Positions 19,151-27,900 of a stretch of 64,000 bases of DNA are shown one piece after another (within the stretch, counting starts at the first letter, position 1; the number at the start of each line of letters is the position of its first letter). Both the position numbers and the translations under genes were made by a program. The DNA is taken from assembly GCA_964648335.1 (NCBI GenBank), contig CAZYLZ010000006.1, positions 3,974-67,973 on the forward strand. Reading direction: 5' to 3'. Under the pieces are notes generated by a model. It was not told the origin of the DNA and did no database searches. It saw only the letters and a program-made list of their open reading frames with translations. Source of the stretch: an uncultured Candidatus Saccharibacteria bacterium (GTDB lineage Bacteria; Patescibacteriota; Minisyncoccia; Phycocordibacterales; UBA2100).

Positions 19151-20184
19151 ATGGTATTTGTTGATGGACCGATGTTAACGCGTGCCGGCTTAAACCAGAT
19201 GAGTCGCTTGCGACGCAAGAGAATCTCCTTAAAGAACTGCTCGATGAACACGTACGAATTGATAAAGAGGAACAGCGGATAGATTGGGATCACAGCAAAG
19301 AGGTCCCAGCGCTTGCGTGTTGCCGCCGCATAGACTCCGGAAATGAAAACAAAAGCGAAGTAGATGGCTAGGAAGTAAAGGAAAAGCCCAAAGTTGAAGA
19401 ATGCGAGCAAGAATGGAAGGCACGCGAAGAAGAGTCCTTCGATATAAATGATCGATATCTCGAGCGCACCGCCGGGTTTATGTACGATGTTCGAACCGTG
19501 CTTCAAGAGGTTCTGCCAGATACCGCTGTGCCAGCGTCGCATCTGATTGATGTAGGCGCGGACTGTCGTCGGATCCTGCGTATAGGCGACCGCCTTCTTC
19601 TGGTATTCGATCTTGAAATACTGCTGATGCAACTTGAAGGTAAAGTCGAGATCCTCGGTGAGAGTGTCGTGGTCGAACCCGATATATTTGCGAAAGATGT
19701 CGGTCTTGAACGCGCCCGCGCATCCAGGGATCACAAAGAGAAATCCGATGTTCGCCTGAGCGGTTTTGTGGATGTCCTGACCCACCACGTAGTCGATCTC
19801 TCGACACGCTGTTACCCAGTTGTATTGCATGCTCTTCACGTATCCCGCTACCGCGTCGACTTCCGGGTTCTGATAGCTCTCTTCAATCGACTCGACAAAC
19901 AAAGGATCGAGAATAGTGTCGCCATCGGTCGCAATGAAGACTTCGCTCGTCACATGCGCAATCCCCTGTTCTTGCGCGTAGCTTTTGTTACCGGTGGCCA
20001 CAGGAATCGTTACCACCTTTATCTTGTTTCCGTAGGTCGCCAAGATCTGCGGCGTAGCGTCGGTGGAGCCGTCGTCGACGACAACGATCTCGTCAGCCGG
20101 ACGTGTCTGGTTGAGACATGAGTCAATACACGCGCGAACGGATTGTTCTTCGTTATGACATGGGACGAGTATGGATATTCGCAT
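19147..20184 (-). CDS. Family 2 glycosyltransferase, processive IcaA/PgaC-like (polysaccharide synthase)
   Basis: ILVPCHNEE, VVDDGSTD, and a QMRRWHSGIWQ (QxxRW-like) motif, with C-terminal TM helices. An alternative upstream start exists at 20292. Confidence 0.75.
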   Translation of the reverse strand: MRISILVPCHNEEQSVRACIDSCLNQTRPADEIVVVDDGSTDATPQILATYGNKIKVVTIPVATGNKSYAQEQGIAHVTSEVFIATDGDTILDPLFVESIEESYQNPEVDAVAGYVKSMQYNWVTACREIDYVVGQDIHKTAQANIGFLFVIPGCAGAFKTDIFRKYIGFDHDTLTEDLDFTFKLHQQYFKIEYQKKAVAYTQDPTTVRAYINQMRRWHSGIWQNLLKHGSNIVHKPGGALEISIIYIEGLFFACLPFLLAFFNFGLFLYFLAIYFAFVFISGVYAAATRKRWDLFAVIPIYPLFLFINSYVFIEQFFKEILLRRKRLIWFKPARVNIGPSTNTI

Positions 20185-20698
20185 AGAATGTTCGGATTGC
20201 TTTCGCTCGGCGACTGGCTCGGTCGTACTGATGGCGGAAAAGTGTCCGGTAGATTCGAGTATGGGCTTCACGTATGAAGCAGCGGTTAACAAAAAACCCA
20301 GGACATTGATCCAGGGTAGTACTGTCTACGAGCTCCACGAAAAACAGACCGTTCAAGTCGTGCTTTTCTGCAATCTCTTCGTTCAGATACGAGCCGGATC
20401 GTCTGTCGTTAACCGTCATACACGAGAAGCTCTCGCGTATGCGTATAGAAATACTCCTATAAGCGGGCATCGTCAAGCAGACAAAGGATGAAAATGATGG
20501 TCGCATGTCTAACTAATGGAGAAATCGCGGCTCAGGCACCAGTGGCAATCACTGGCCCAGAGGCCTGCACGGACGTCAATATTTTTTTAACTCTCTGCAT
20601 GGTAGTGTTTTCGATTGACCGGTCTGCGGTCAGCTTTATCAACGCCTTTGCAGGCGTATTCTGCAAAGGTATTTACCGGATTACAGAATCATTTCAGT

Positions 20699-22693
20699 AT
20701 GACTAGCATTTCTCGATACAGCTCGACAGATACGATCGCGCTTGCCGTTGCCATCGTGGCACTCATAGCGCTCGTGTTCTCGCCGATTTCTCATATTACT
20801 AAGGCAAACTCCCTCTTGGGATCGACCCACCTCTCGATCGCGCATGCAGAAGGCGATGGAGGGGGCGGTGACGGAGGTGGAGGCGATGGCGGAGGTGGTG
20901 ATGGCGGAGGCGGAGATGGTGGTGGTGACGGAGGTGGAGATGGTGGTGGAGATGGCGGAGGTGACGGAGGCGGAGATGGTGGTGGTGACTCCGGCGGAAG
21001 CGATGGTGGAGGCAGCGACTCCGGCTCTGGAGATTCTGGCTCCGGTGACTCGGGCATGGGCAGCGACGGCGGATGCTGCGGCGGCGGAGACGACTCGGGC
21101 TCAGAAGGCGGAAGCAACGGCATTTTCGTGCCGGTAATTCCGTCGACTCCGGTCGCAAACCCTTCGTGCTCTCTCAGCTCGATCAAGATCCCGATCCCGT
21201 TCGTCGGCGACGCCGCGGTCCTCTTTTGGAGCTCGTCGAACGCCACATCGGCTTCGATCGACCACGGAATCGGGGCTCTCTCCCCTGTCTCGGTAGGTAC
21301 TCGCGTGATCTCAAGCATCACGGCGACTACCAAGTACACAATGACGGCAGTCGGTGCAAATGGGGCAAAGGCTATCTGCTCGACGACAGTTACCGTGACG
21401 CCTGTCACGCCAAAACCTACCTGTGTCATCACTGCGACCCCAGGATCGATCGCAACGGGCGGCCATAGCGTCCTTTCTTGGAACTCGACTGACGCCGCAT
21501 CGGCAACGATCGACAACGGATTGGGATCGGTCATGACGAGCGGCGCTCAGAGCGTCTCTCCAACGGCAAACACTCAGTACACTATGACCGTTACAGGTAC
21601 CGGCGGTACCGCTACCTGCAACGCGACGGTAGTAGTCACGAATGTCCCTCCTCCTGCACAGCCAACATGCACGATCTCGGCGTACCCTTCTGAGGTCTCT
21701 CAGGGCGGATCGTCGGTACTCACCTGGTCGTCGACAAACGCATCGTCGGCATCCTTGAATGGCGGCATCGGGGCCGTGTCGACCAATGGATCACGATCAG
21801 TGACTCCGTCGTCAAACACAACCTATGTCCTAACGGTGACAGGTTCGGGCGGAACCGCGACATGCAGTGCACCAGTGACGATCAAGAACACTCCTCCAAC
21901 GCAGCCTTCGTGCACCCTCTCGGCCAGCCCGACACAGGTCGTGGCAGGCGGCGCGAGCGTCCTCTCGTGGACCTCGAACAACGCGACATCGGCAACCTTG
22001 GGTGCATTTGGAACGGTCGCCGTAAACGGATCGACCACCGTAACCCCGAGCGTCAACACAACGTACACACTCACCGTAACCGGTGCAGGAGGCACTGCGA
22101 CGTGCACGGCACACGTGACTATCAAGTCTGTACAGACATACACTCCGACCTGCTCTATCTGGGCAATCCCGGATGAGCAGATCGTTCCTGGTGGATCCAC
22201 GGCACTCTCGTGGTCTTCGACCAACGCATCGTCGGCATCGATCGATAACGGCATCGGGGCAGTGAGCCTCGAGGGCACACGTACCGTGTCGAATCTCTGG
22301 GACGACACCATCTTCACGATGAACGTTTCGGGCCAGGGCGGAACAGCACAGTGCTCGGTACCGGTATTCCTCAAGGAGACGACTCCAAAGCCGCCGAAAA
22401 AGCCAACCTGTGATATCCACATGGGTGGCAAGAACGCATACGGTGCCGAAGAGACCATCGCATGGAACACCGACGACGACGTCGACTCGGTAGAGATCGA
22501 GGGCGCCGGCGAAGTCCCTAAGCACGGATGGCGCGGCATCATGAAGCTCGACAAGCAGACCACCTTCAAGATGAAGGTAAAGAAAGGAACCCAGGTCACC
22601 GAATGCTCTTGCGTAGGAAACCCTATCGAGGACAAGTCGGCAGACTGGAGCAGCTGGTCTAACCAGGGCTGGCAGCACAGCGCGTGGTACTAG
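20699..22693 (+). CDS. Secreted/anchored tandem-repeat surface protein with Gly/Asp-rich low-complexity tract and 5-6 Ig-like ~85-aa repeats
   Basis: TM/signal N-terminus. (GDGGG)n then (SGSGD)n tract. Repeats of the form PTCTISA.P..V..GGSSVLTWSSTNASSASL.GIGAVS..TYVLTVTGSGGTATC. Start set at MTSISRY (20699). Confidence 0.65.
   Translation: MTSISRYSSTDTIALAVAIVALIALVFSPISHITKANSLLGSTHLSIAHAEGDGGGGDGGGGDGGGGDGGGGDGGGDGGGDGGGDGGGDGGGDGGGDSGGSDGGGSDSGSGDSGSGDSGMGSDGGCCGGGDDSGSEGGSNGIFVPVIPSTPVANPSCSLSSIKIPIPFVGDAAVLFWSSSNATSASIDHGIGALSPVSVGTRVISSITATTKYTMTAVGANGAKAICSTTVTVTPVTPKPTCVITATPGSIATGGHSVLSWNSTDAASATIDNGLGSVMTSGAQSVSPTANTQYTMTVTGTGGTATCNATVVVTNVPPPAQPTCTISAYPSEVSQGGSSVLTWSSTNASSASLNGGIGAVSTNGSRSVTPSSNTTYVLTVTGSGGTATCSAPVTIKNTPPTQPSCTLSASPTQVVAGGASVLSWTSNNATSATLGAFGTVAVNGSTTVTPSVNTTYTLTVTGAGGTATCTAHVTIKSVQTYTPTCSIWAIPDEQIVPGGSTALSWSSTNASSASIDNGIGAVSLEGTRTVSNLWDDTIFTMNVSGQGGTAQCSVPVFLKETTPKPPKKPTCDIHMGGKNAYGAEETIAWNTDDDVDSVEIEGAGEVPKHGWRGIMKLDKQTTFKMKVKKGTQVTECSCVGNPIEDKSADWSSWSNQGWQHSAWY
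20862..21060 (+). repeat. Coding microsatellite-like (GGN GAY)n tract encoding (GDGGG)n/(SGSGD)n
   Basis: ggcgatggagggggcggtgacggaggtggaggcgatggcggaggtggtgatggc... periodic repeat, slippage-prone. Confidence 0.8.
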
Positions 22694-22716
22694 TACCCGC
22701 CTTGCGCGAACAGTGC

Positions 22717-22752
22717 TAGCTAAAAGCCGGACCACGTGGTCCGGCTTTTAGT
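22717..22752 (+). terminator. Rho-independent terminator
   Basis: aaaagccggaccacgtggtccggctttt hairpin plus T-run. Confidence 0.7.
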
Positions 22753-22857
22753 ATGTGCAGAGTTTCAAATTGACTTTTTTTCTTTTTATGATACAATTCC
22801 GTCAGCTAGCATACCTGCTGGCTTCGGCTTTTGCCGACACTTAGGAAGGGGAAGAAA

Positions 22858-23205
22858 ATGTCATTGCGGAATTCTGTAGTGCTTACAGGCGCGACCATGA
22901 AGCGATTCAATAGCTTCACTCGCGCCGCAGAAGTCGCATTGGGTCAGCGCTTCGAAATCGCCGAGATCGCAATCTTCTGCAACTCGCTTTCGGGCCTGTT
23001 GCAGACGAGCGATGGCAAGGTGTTTCGATTCCTTGCCAACGAAGACGCTTTCAAGCTTGGTGCCACGTGGTGGTCTGTCGGGCAAGACGAGTCCGTCGTG
23101 CGCGTTCGCCACGATGATCTCTATATGCCGTCGACGACACTGCCCGCAGTCCGCGTCGGCACGTGCCACTCGGACGTCAGACTCCGGCCGCACCGCGCAG
23201 CATAA
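22858..23205 (+). CDS. Hypothetical small protein
   Basis: aggaagggga SD-like sequence upstream of ATG 22858, followed by a terminator hairpin at 23244-23270. Confidence 0.4.
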   Translation: MSLRNSVVLTGATMKRFNSFTRAAEVALGQRFEIAEIAIFCNSLSGLLQTSDGKVFRFLANEDAFKLGATWWSVGQDESVVRVRHDDLYMPSTTLPAVRVGTCHSDVRLRPHRAA

Positions 23206-23243
23206 AACCGTATTTTTCATCCTAGGGGCACGTCCCCTGTCAC

Positions 23244-23308
23244 CCGCGTTCGCGCGGGTGATTTTTTACACATAAAAACCGGCGGGTTAACCCCACCGGC
23301 ATTGTTTG
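23244..23308. terminator. Convergent pair of rho-independent terminators
   Basis: cacccgcgttcgcgcgggtgatttttt for the plus strand. ccggcgggttaaccccaccgg with a T-run on the minus strand, serving gene 23314..24294. Confidence 0.6.
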
Positions 23309-23313
23309 TTGTT

Positions 23314-24294
23314 CTATCGCTGCATGATTCCTGCCCGTTCAAACCGGTAGACCTTTTCTGCGACTTTGCGCGACAGCGCTTCGGGCAGATAGCAGCGAAT
23401 CTGGGTGCGTTTCCAGCTGTACCAGTTCTTTTCGGGCGATTCGAGCCCTCGTATCACGCCTACCGTGGCTCGATCGACCGAGCTAAGAAACGAGTTCATC
23501 TCTTCATCGCTGGTACCGATACGACGCGCGATGAATACCGGGATGTTCGTCAGGGTCGGTATCCCGTCTTTTTCGACATTTCCGCTCAGCTTGATCGTAC
23601 GCTTTTCCGACTGCTTGAGATCAGTCGCGTCCGTTATTCCAAGCAAGAAAAATAGCGGCGACTCGATGGGAAGTACCGCCTGCTCCCCGTTATGGACGAA
23701 GGTGCAGGTGTACTCAATGAGCCCTGGAGATCGTTCGGCAAAAGTGCTAGTAGTGAGCAGGTTCACTAGAGGACCGTAATCCTCGTCAATGAGTTCGCGT
23801 GTGCGTAGTGGTCGACGTTTGGCAAGCTCGGCGACATTGTCGAGCGTCATTGTCCTCATCGTCACTTCCATAGGATCCGTGTAGGTCACGAGAATCCTCG
23901 CATCGTCATCCATCAATCCTGCGATCGGTCGCAACAGTTTAATACGAACGTCAGAGTCGAGAGGCAAAGGAGTTACGATTTTCCTCATTGCCTCGGCATC
24001 AATAACTCCCGTACCATTGACCTCGACGATGACGTCGCCGCACTGCATTCCTGCTTTCTCTGCAGGAGATTTGGCGCGGACCCCTTTCACAAAGACGCCA
24101 CGAATTCTGTCGGCACGCTTATACCGTCGCGAGGAGTTTGTTGCATCAGTGCAGTCGTAGGTGTTCACGAAGCCGCTCAGCATCGAACCGAGCTCGACTC
24201 CGATTACCTGTGCGTAGCGCGGAGTGAGCGGCGTTTCGGCCTGCGCGAAGTTTGTTACGAGAAGTGAGAACAGAATAAACAGCGTGTATCGCAT
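23314..24294 (-). CDS. Secreted PDZ-domain protein
   Basis: Signal peptide MRYTLFILFSLLVTNFAQA. PDZ-like GVFVKGVRAKSPAEKAGMQCGDVIVEVNG. Confidence 0.5.
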   Translation of the reverse strand: MRYTLFILFSLLVTNFAQAETPLTPRYAQVIGVELGSMLSGFVNTYDCTDATNSSRRYKRADRIRGVFVKGVRAKSPAEKAGMQCGDVIVEVNGTGVIDAEAMRKIVTPLPLDSDVRIKLLRPIAGLMDDDARILVTYTDPMEVTMRTMTLDNVAELAKRRPLRTRELIDEDYGPLVNLLTTSTFAERSPGLIEYTCTFVHNGEQAVLPIESPLFFLLGITDATDLKQSEKRTIKLSGNVEKDGIPTLTNIPVFIARRIGTSDEEMNSFLSSVDRATVGVIRGLESPEKNWYSWKRTQIRCYLPEALSRKVAEKVYRFERAGIMQR

Positions 24295-24424
24295 GTTTTC
24301 CTCCTGGTTGCATCATATTCTGGAGGGCACGCTATCACGAGCGATAGGTTACTGCAACGATTCTTTCGAGCCTGCAAATGCGTACACAAAGCACCGAACA
24401 ACGGCGAGGGACCCGATGTATCCC

Positions 24425-25063
24425 TTATGGCAGCTGCGGCATCGGCTCATTCAGGCTCTTGCACTTGGACATGTTTATGTAGTGGAGCGTCGTCTTGTAT
24501 ACATAGCCGGTCGGCGTGTTTTCGGGCAAGCCATAGGGCACCCAGGGCTTTAAGATGTCGTCGTTATGCTTGAGCTGAAAGAGCTTCACCGCGCCGAAGG
24601 TGAGGTCACCGAAGAGCCCGTTGGTTGGCAGATCGAGTCCGAGCTCGTCGTTAAGGTACTGCTGCAGCTTGCGTATGGACTCGCCCGTCGAAACACCCCT
24701 CTTAAGATAGGTGTCCAAATATGCCGTGCAGCCTGCAGGCAGTGCGTCGTCGCCCGAGCCCGAAAATTCTCCCGTCGCATTTGGGCCGGTCGAGGCTCCT
24801 AACACCGCTCCAGATCCTGCCGTTCCCGAACCTGCTCCCGACACGTTCACATCGCCGCCAAAGACAAATTTTCCAAATCCAAATGGTCCTTCGCCAATCG
24901 GCACGAGCGTTATGGTACCAACCGATGCAGGATCGGGCGTAACCTCGGTTGTGGTAAATGTCGCCGAACTTACCTGAGCCGATGCCGGTGCTACTAACAA
25001 AAGAGATACCGCTGTGCTCGCAATTACAATGAGTGCGCGTGGATGTCGCAAAGAAATAGGCAT
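24425..25063 (-). CDS. Secreted protein with C-terminal peptidoglycan-binding (PG_binding_1-like) domain
   Basis: Signal peptide. C-terminal LPAGCTAYLDTYLKRG..IRKLQQYLNDELGLDLPTNGLFGDLTFGAVKLFQ matches the PGBD pattern (LQxxL...DGxFGxxTxxAVxxFQ). Start at MPISLRH (25063). Confidence 0.55.
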   Translation of the reverse strand: MPISLRHPRALIVIASTAVSLLLVAPASAQVSSATFTTTEVTPDPASVGTITLVPIGEGPFGFGKFVFGGDVNVSGAGSGTAGSGAVLGASTGPNATGEFSGSGDDALPAGCTAYLDTYLKRGVSTGESIRKLQQYLNDELGLDLPTNGLFGDLTFGAVKLFQLKHNDDILKPWVPYGLPENTPTGYVYKTTLHYINMSKCKSLNEPMPQLP

Positions 25064-25206
25064 ACCGAATTCTAGAATGTATCGACAAAAAGCGTCAAAA
25101 TTTATTGGGGACAACCCTGGGTTATCTTCATCTTTTATCAAAACAAAAAGACCGCTCATGCTGCGTACAGCACGTATGCGGTCTTTTGTTTATTGCTCAA
25201 AGAAAC

Positions 25207-26490
25207 TTACGGAAGCTGTGGAGCAGGCTCGTTCAAGGTCTTGCACTTGGCCAGGTTAATCTGGTGCATGGTGGTCTTGTACACGTAGCCGGTCGGCGTG
25301 CCGTCGTGGCCATAGGCAGCCCACGGAGTAAGGATCTGATCCTTGTACTTGAGCTGGAATGCCTTGACCGCGTCGAAGGTCATCGATCCGAAGATGCCCG
25401 AGACAGGGAGACTAAGGCCGAGCTCTTCGTTCAAGAATTCCTGGAGCTTCTTGATTTTGTCTGAGTGCGACGATCCGCGCTTGAGGTAGGTATCGAGGTA
25501 CGCGGTGCAGCCTGCAGGCAAGGCGTCGCTCGAGGTTGCGGTTGGGCCAGTTGTAGCACCCAAGACCTGTCCGGACGATCCTGATGATCCACTGGTCGGA
25601 CCGATAGGACCGAAGCTACCGCCAAAAATTGGTCCGTTTCCGCCGCCCGATCCACCGCCCGATCCACCGCCAGCGGTTAGTGTGCGAACGAATGGTGCAC
25701 AGTCAGCATCGGCAATATCAGGGAACGAGTCACGGTCGTTATCGATACCGTCCTGGCAGAGCGCCTCGGTGTTCTCGACATCAGCGATGACGACCGGAGG
25801 TGTTGTGGTTGCTGGCGTGGTAGTTCCCTCGCCCGAACCCGATCCAGTATCTACCGGCGCGTCGGCGGTGAGCGTGACGACGCACGACTTCGAGCCGATT
25901 TCGCCCATGGTTCCTACGCATTCTGTGCTAAACGATGGCGTGTATCCTGTGGGACCGGTTGCCGCTACCGAATATGCGCCCGAACGGTCGACAAACACCG
26001 TCGTCGTAGCTGCAGATGCTGTAAACGACGAGGGCGAAGGATTGCCGGCACCGCTCACTGAGATAGTGAAGTCTCCGACGACAGCGGTACCGCCAGAAAC
26101 GAGAGCCGAAACGTAGAGCGGATGGATCACCGAAACGCGGACCGTACAGGTGCTCGTTACGACGCCGTCGCCGACGGTCATCACATATGGCTCGTCGGTG
26201 ACAAGTCCATCCGGTGGCATGCCGCCAGCCCACGAGAAGGTGCCCGCTGCGACGGTCGCACCTGAGATCGAGTTGATGTCGATGCCGTGGTCCAACGTTG
26301 CGGTGGTCGAGTTTGCAGACGTCCACGAGATACTGAAGGGAGCTCCGGCGACGATAGTGTCGGGAGTGCTAATAAGCGTACAGGTTGGCCCGGTCTGTGC
26401 AGAAGCAAACGTCGCCGAGGCGAACGAGAGCAGCGCTACAGCGAGGACAATCGCACGGTGCTGGATAGAAACAGTAGTCATAACGGTCAT
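25207..26490 (-). CDS. Secreted paralog with the same C-terminal peptidoglycan-binding domain plus N-terminal Ig-like domain related to repeats of the 20699-22693 protein
   Basis: The C-terminal ~100 aa are near-identical in pattern to the previous gene. N-terminal PTCTLISTPDTIVAGAPFSISWTSANSTTATLDHGID resembles the tandem-repeat unit. Gly/Ser-rich linker. Confidence 0.55.
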   Translation of the reverse strand: MTVMTTVSIQHRAIVLAVALLSFASATFASAQTGPTCTLISTPDTIVAGAPFSISWTSANSTTATLDHGIDINSISGATVAAGTFSWAGGMPPDGLVTDEPYVMTVGDGVVTSTCTVRVSVIHPLYVSALVSGGTAVVGDFTISVSGAGNPSPSSFTASAATTTVFVDRSGAYSVAATGPTGYTPSFSTECVGTMGEIGSKSCVVTLTADAPVDTGSGSGEGTTTPATTTPPVVIADVENTEALCQDGIDNDRDSFPDIADADCAPFVRTLTAGGGSGGGSGGGNGPIFGGSFGPIGPTSGSSGSSGQVLGATTGPTATSSDALPAGCTAYLDTYLKRGSSHSDKIKKLQEFLNEELGLSLPVSGIFGSMTFDAVKAFQLKYKDQILTPWAAYGHDGTPTGYVYKTTMHQINLAKCKTLNEPAPQLP

Positions 26491-26607
26491 ATCTGGCTAT
26501 CGGATAAATAAAAAGAATCTGGAAACCAACGTCACTTAACATAAAAAAATACCCCCGGTCAATGGAGCGTGGCAGATAGAGGCAAAAGCTTGCAGGGTGT
26601 CAAATTA

Positions 26608-27783
26608 TTAGGTCTGCACTGGGCCCTTCAAGACATCGGCAAGTTCGTCAACAAAATGATCCACATCTTTTGCCTGTGTCCCCTCGCCCAGCGATATGCG
26701 CAACGTGCTCTTCGCTCGTTCTTTGTCGCCATACTGTGCCAGGATGACGTGCGAGAACGATTCTTCACCTTCGCGGCACGCGCTTTTAGTAGATACGGCG
26801 AATCCACGATGATCGAGCGCAAGCGTGATGTACTCGGTGCTGGTCCCCAGGATAGAGATATTGAGCATATGCGGCAAGACATCATCAGTCACGTTAACCA
26901 ATGCTGATGGCACCTTTTCTGCGATACGAGCAACCATCGATCGCGTGAGTTTCGCCAGACGTTCGGACTCGGACTCCCGCAGGGCGACAATGTGTTCGTA
27001 GGCTGCCGCCATTCCGAGAATGAGCGAGACATTCTCTGATCCAGGTCGCACACCGCGCTCTTGCCTGCCGCCAAATAACAGCGGCTTGAGCGTAGTCGTA
27101 TCCTTAAGGAACAATATTCCGACGCCCCGCGGACCGTAGAGCTTACTCGCATCGAGCGATGCCAAGTCGATCCCAAGACTAAAGAGGTCCGAAGCGAGGT
27201 ACAACGGAGCCTGGCCAAGGTCGCTGTGCACAACGATGGCCGCATTCTTTTTGCGCATCGCCTGCACGATGGCACGCACGGGCTGCACGGCACCGGTTTC
27301 TCCGGTACCCCACCCCATCGATGCAAATACAGTCCGTTCGGTTACGAGATTCGCCGCAGTCTCGGGGTCAATATGCCCGCTCTCGCTCACGGGGATCATG
27401 GTGACAATCGCGCCCATAGCAACGAGCGAGTCGGCACAGGCGAGCACCGACGGATGCTCTATAGCCGAAAACAAGAATTCAGCTCCCTCTATCGTTCCGG
27501 TCGACGCGAGTGCTCTCGCAAATCCGATAATCGCGAGGTTGTTGGCTTCGGTACCGCCCGACGTAAAGACGAGCGTATGCGCTCGAACACCGAGATGCCG
27601 GGCGATGCCAGACCGCGCTCCCTCGAGCGCTTCTGCTGCGCGAACCCCTTCGCTGTGTATGGAGCCCGGATTGCCGACGAGCTCGAATCCTGCGACTACC
27701 GCGGTACGTGCGGCGTCGCACACCGGCGTTGCGGCGGCATAGTCGAGGTAGATGCGGGTCTTAGGAAGGTTTTGTGAGGCCAC
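26608..27783 (-). CDS. Cysteine desulfurase family (class V aminotransferase, IscS/NifS-like)
   Basis: SGGTEANN, HSDLGQ, SLDASKLYGPRGVG PLP-lysine region, 391 aa. Confidence 0.7.
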   Translation of the reverse strand: MASQNLPKTRIYLDYAAATPVCDAARTAVVAGFELVGNPGSIHSEGVRAAEALEGARSGIARHLGVRAHTLVFTSGGTEANNLAIIGFARALASTGTIEGAEFLFSAIEHPSVLACADSLVAMGAIVTMIPVSESGHIDPETAANLVTERTVFASMGWGTGETGAVQPVRAIVQAMRKKNAAIVVHSDLGQAPLYLASDLFSLGIDLASLDASKLYGPRGVGILFLKDTTTLKPLLFGGRQERGVRPGSENVSLILGMAAAYEHIVALRESESERLAKLTRSMVARIAEKVPSALVNVTDDVLPHMLNISILGTSTEYITLALDHRGFAVSTKSACREGEESFSHVILAQYGDKERAKSTLRISLGEGTQAKDVDHFVDELADVLKGPVQT

Positions 27784-27900
27784 GATAGTATGCTACGTGC
27801 AAATCCTGCTTTTGCAAAACGGGCAGTTCGCGCGTATACTGTGCCCACTGTTCGTTTCGCGCTCGTCGCGAAATTTCTATGAACTACCCCCACAAAAACC

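Noticed and set aside
20153-20506. 117-aa minus ORF and overlapping 20171..20491 plus ORF
   Set aside because: They overlap the GT2 start region and intergenic DNA, with no RBS or motifs. The GT2 start at 20184 or 20292 explains the region.
20862-21060. Periodic short repeat array (possible CRISPR?)
   Set aside because: The repeats are contiguous 15-nt coding units without spacers, inside an ORF encoding (GDGGG)n. This is not a CRISPR array.
27226-27777. 183-aa plus ORF
   Set aside because: It is antisense to the cysteine desulfurase gene.
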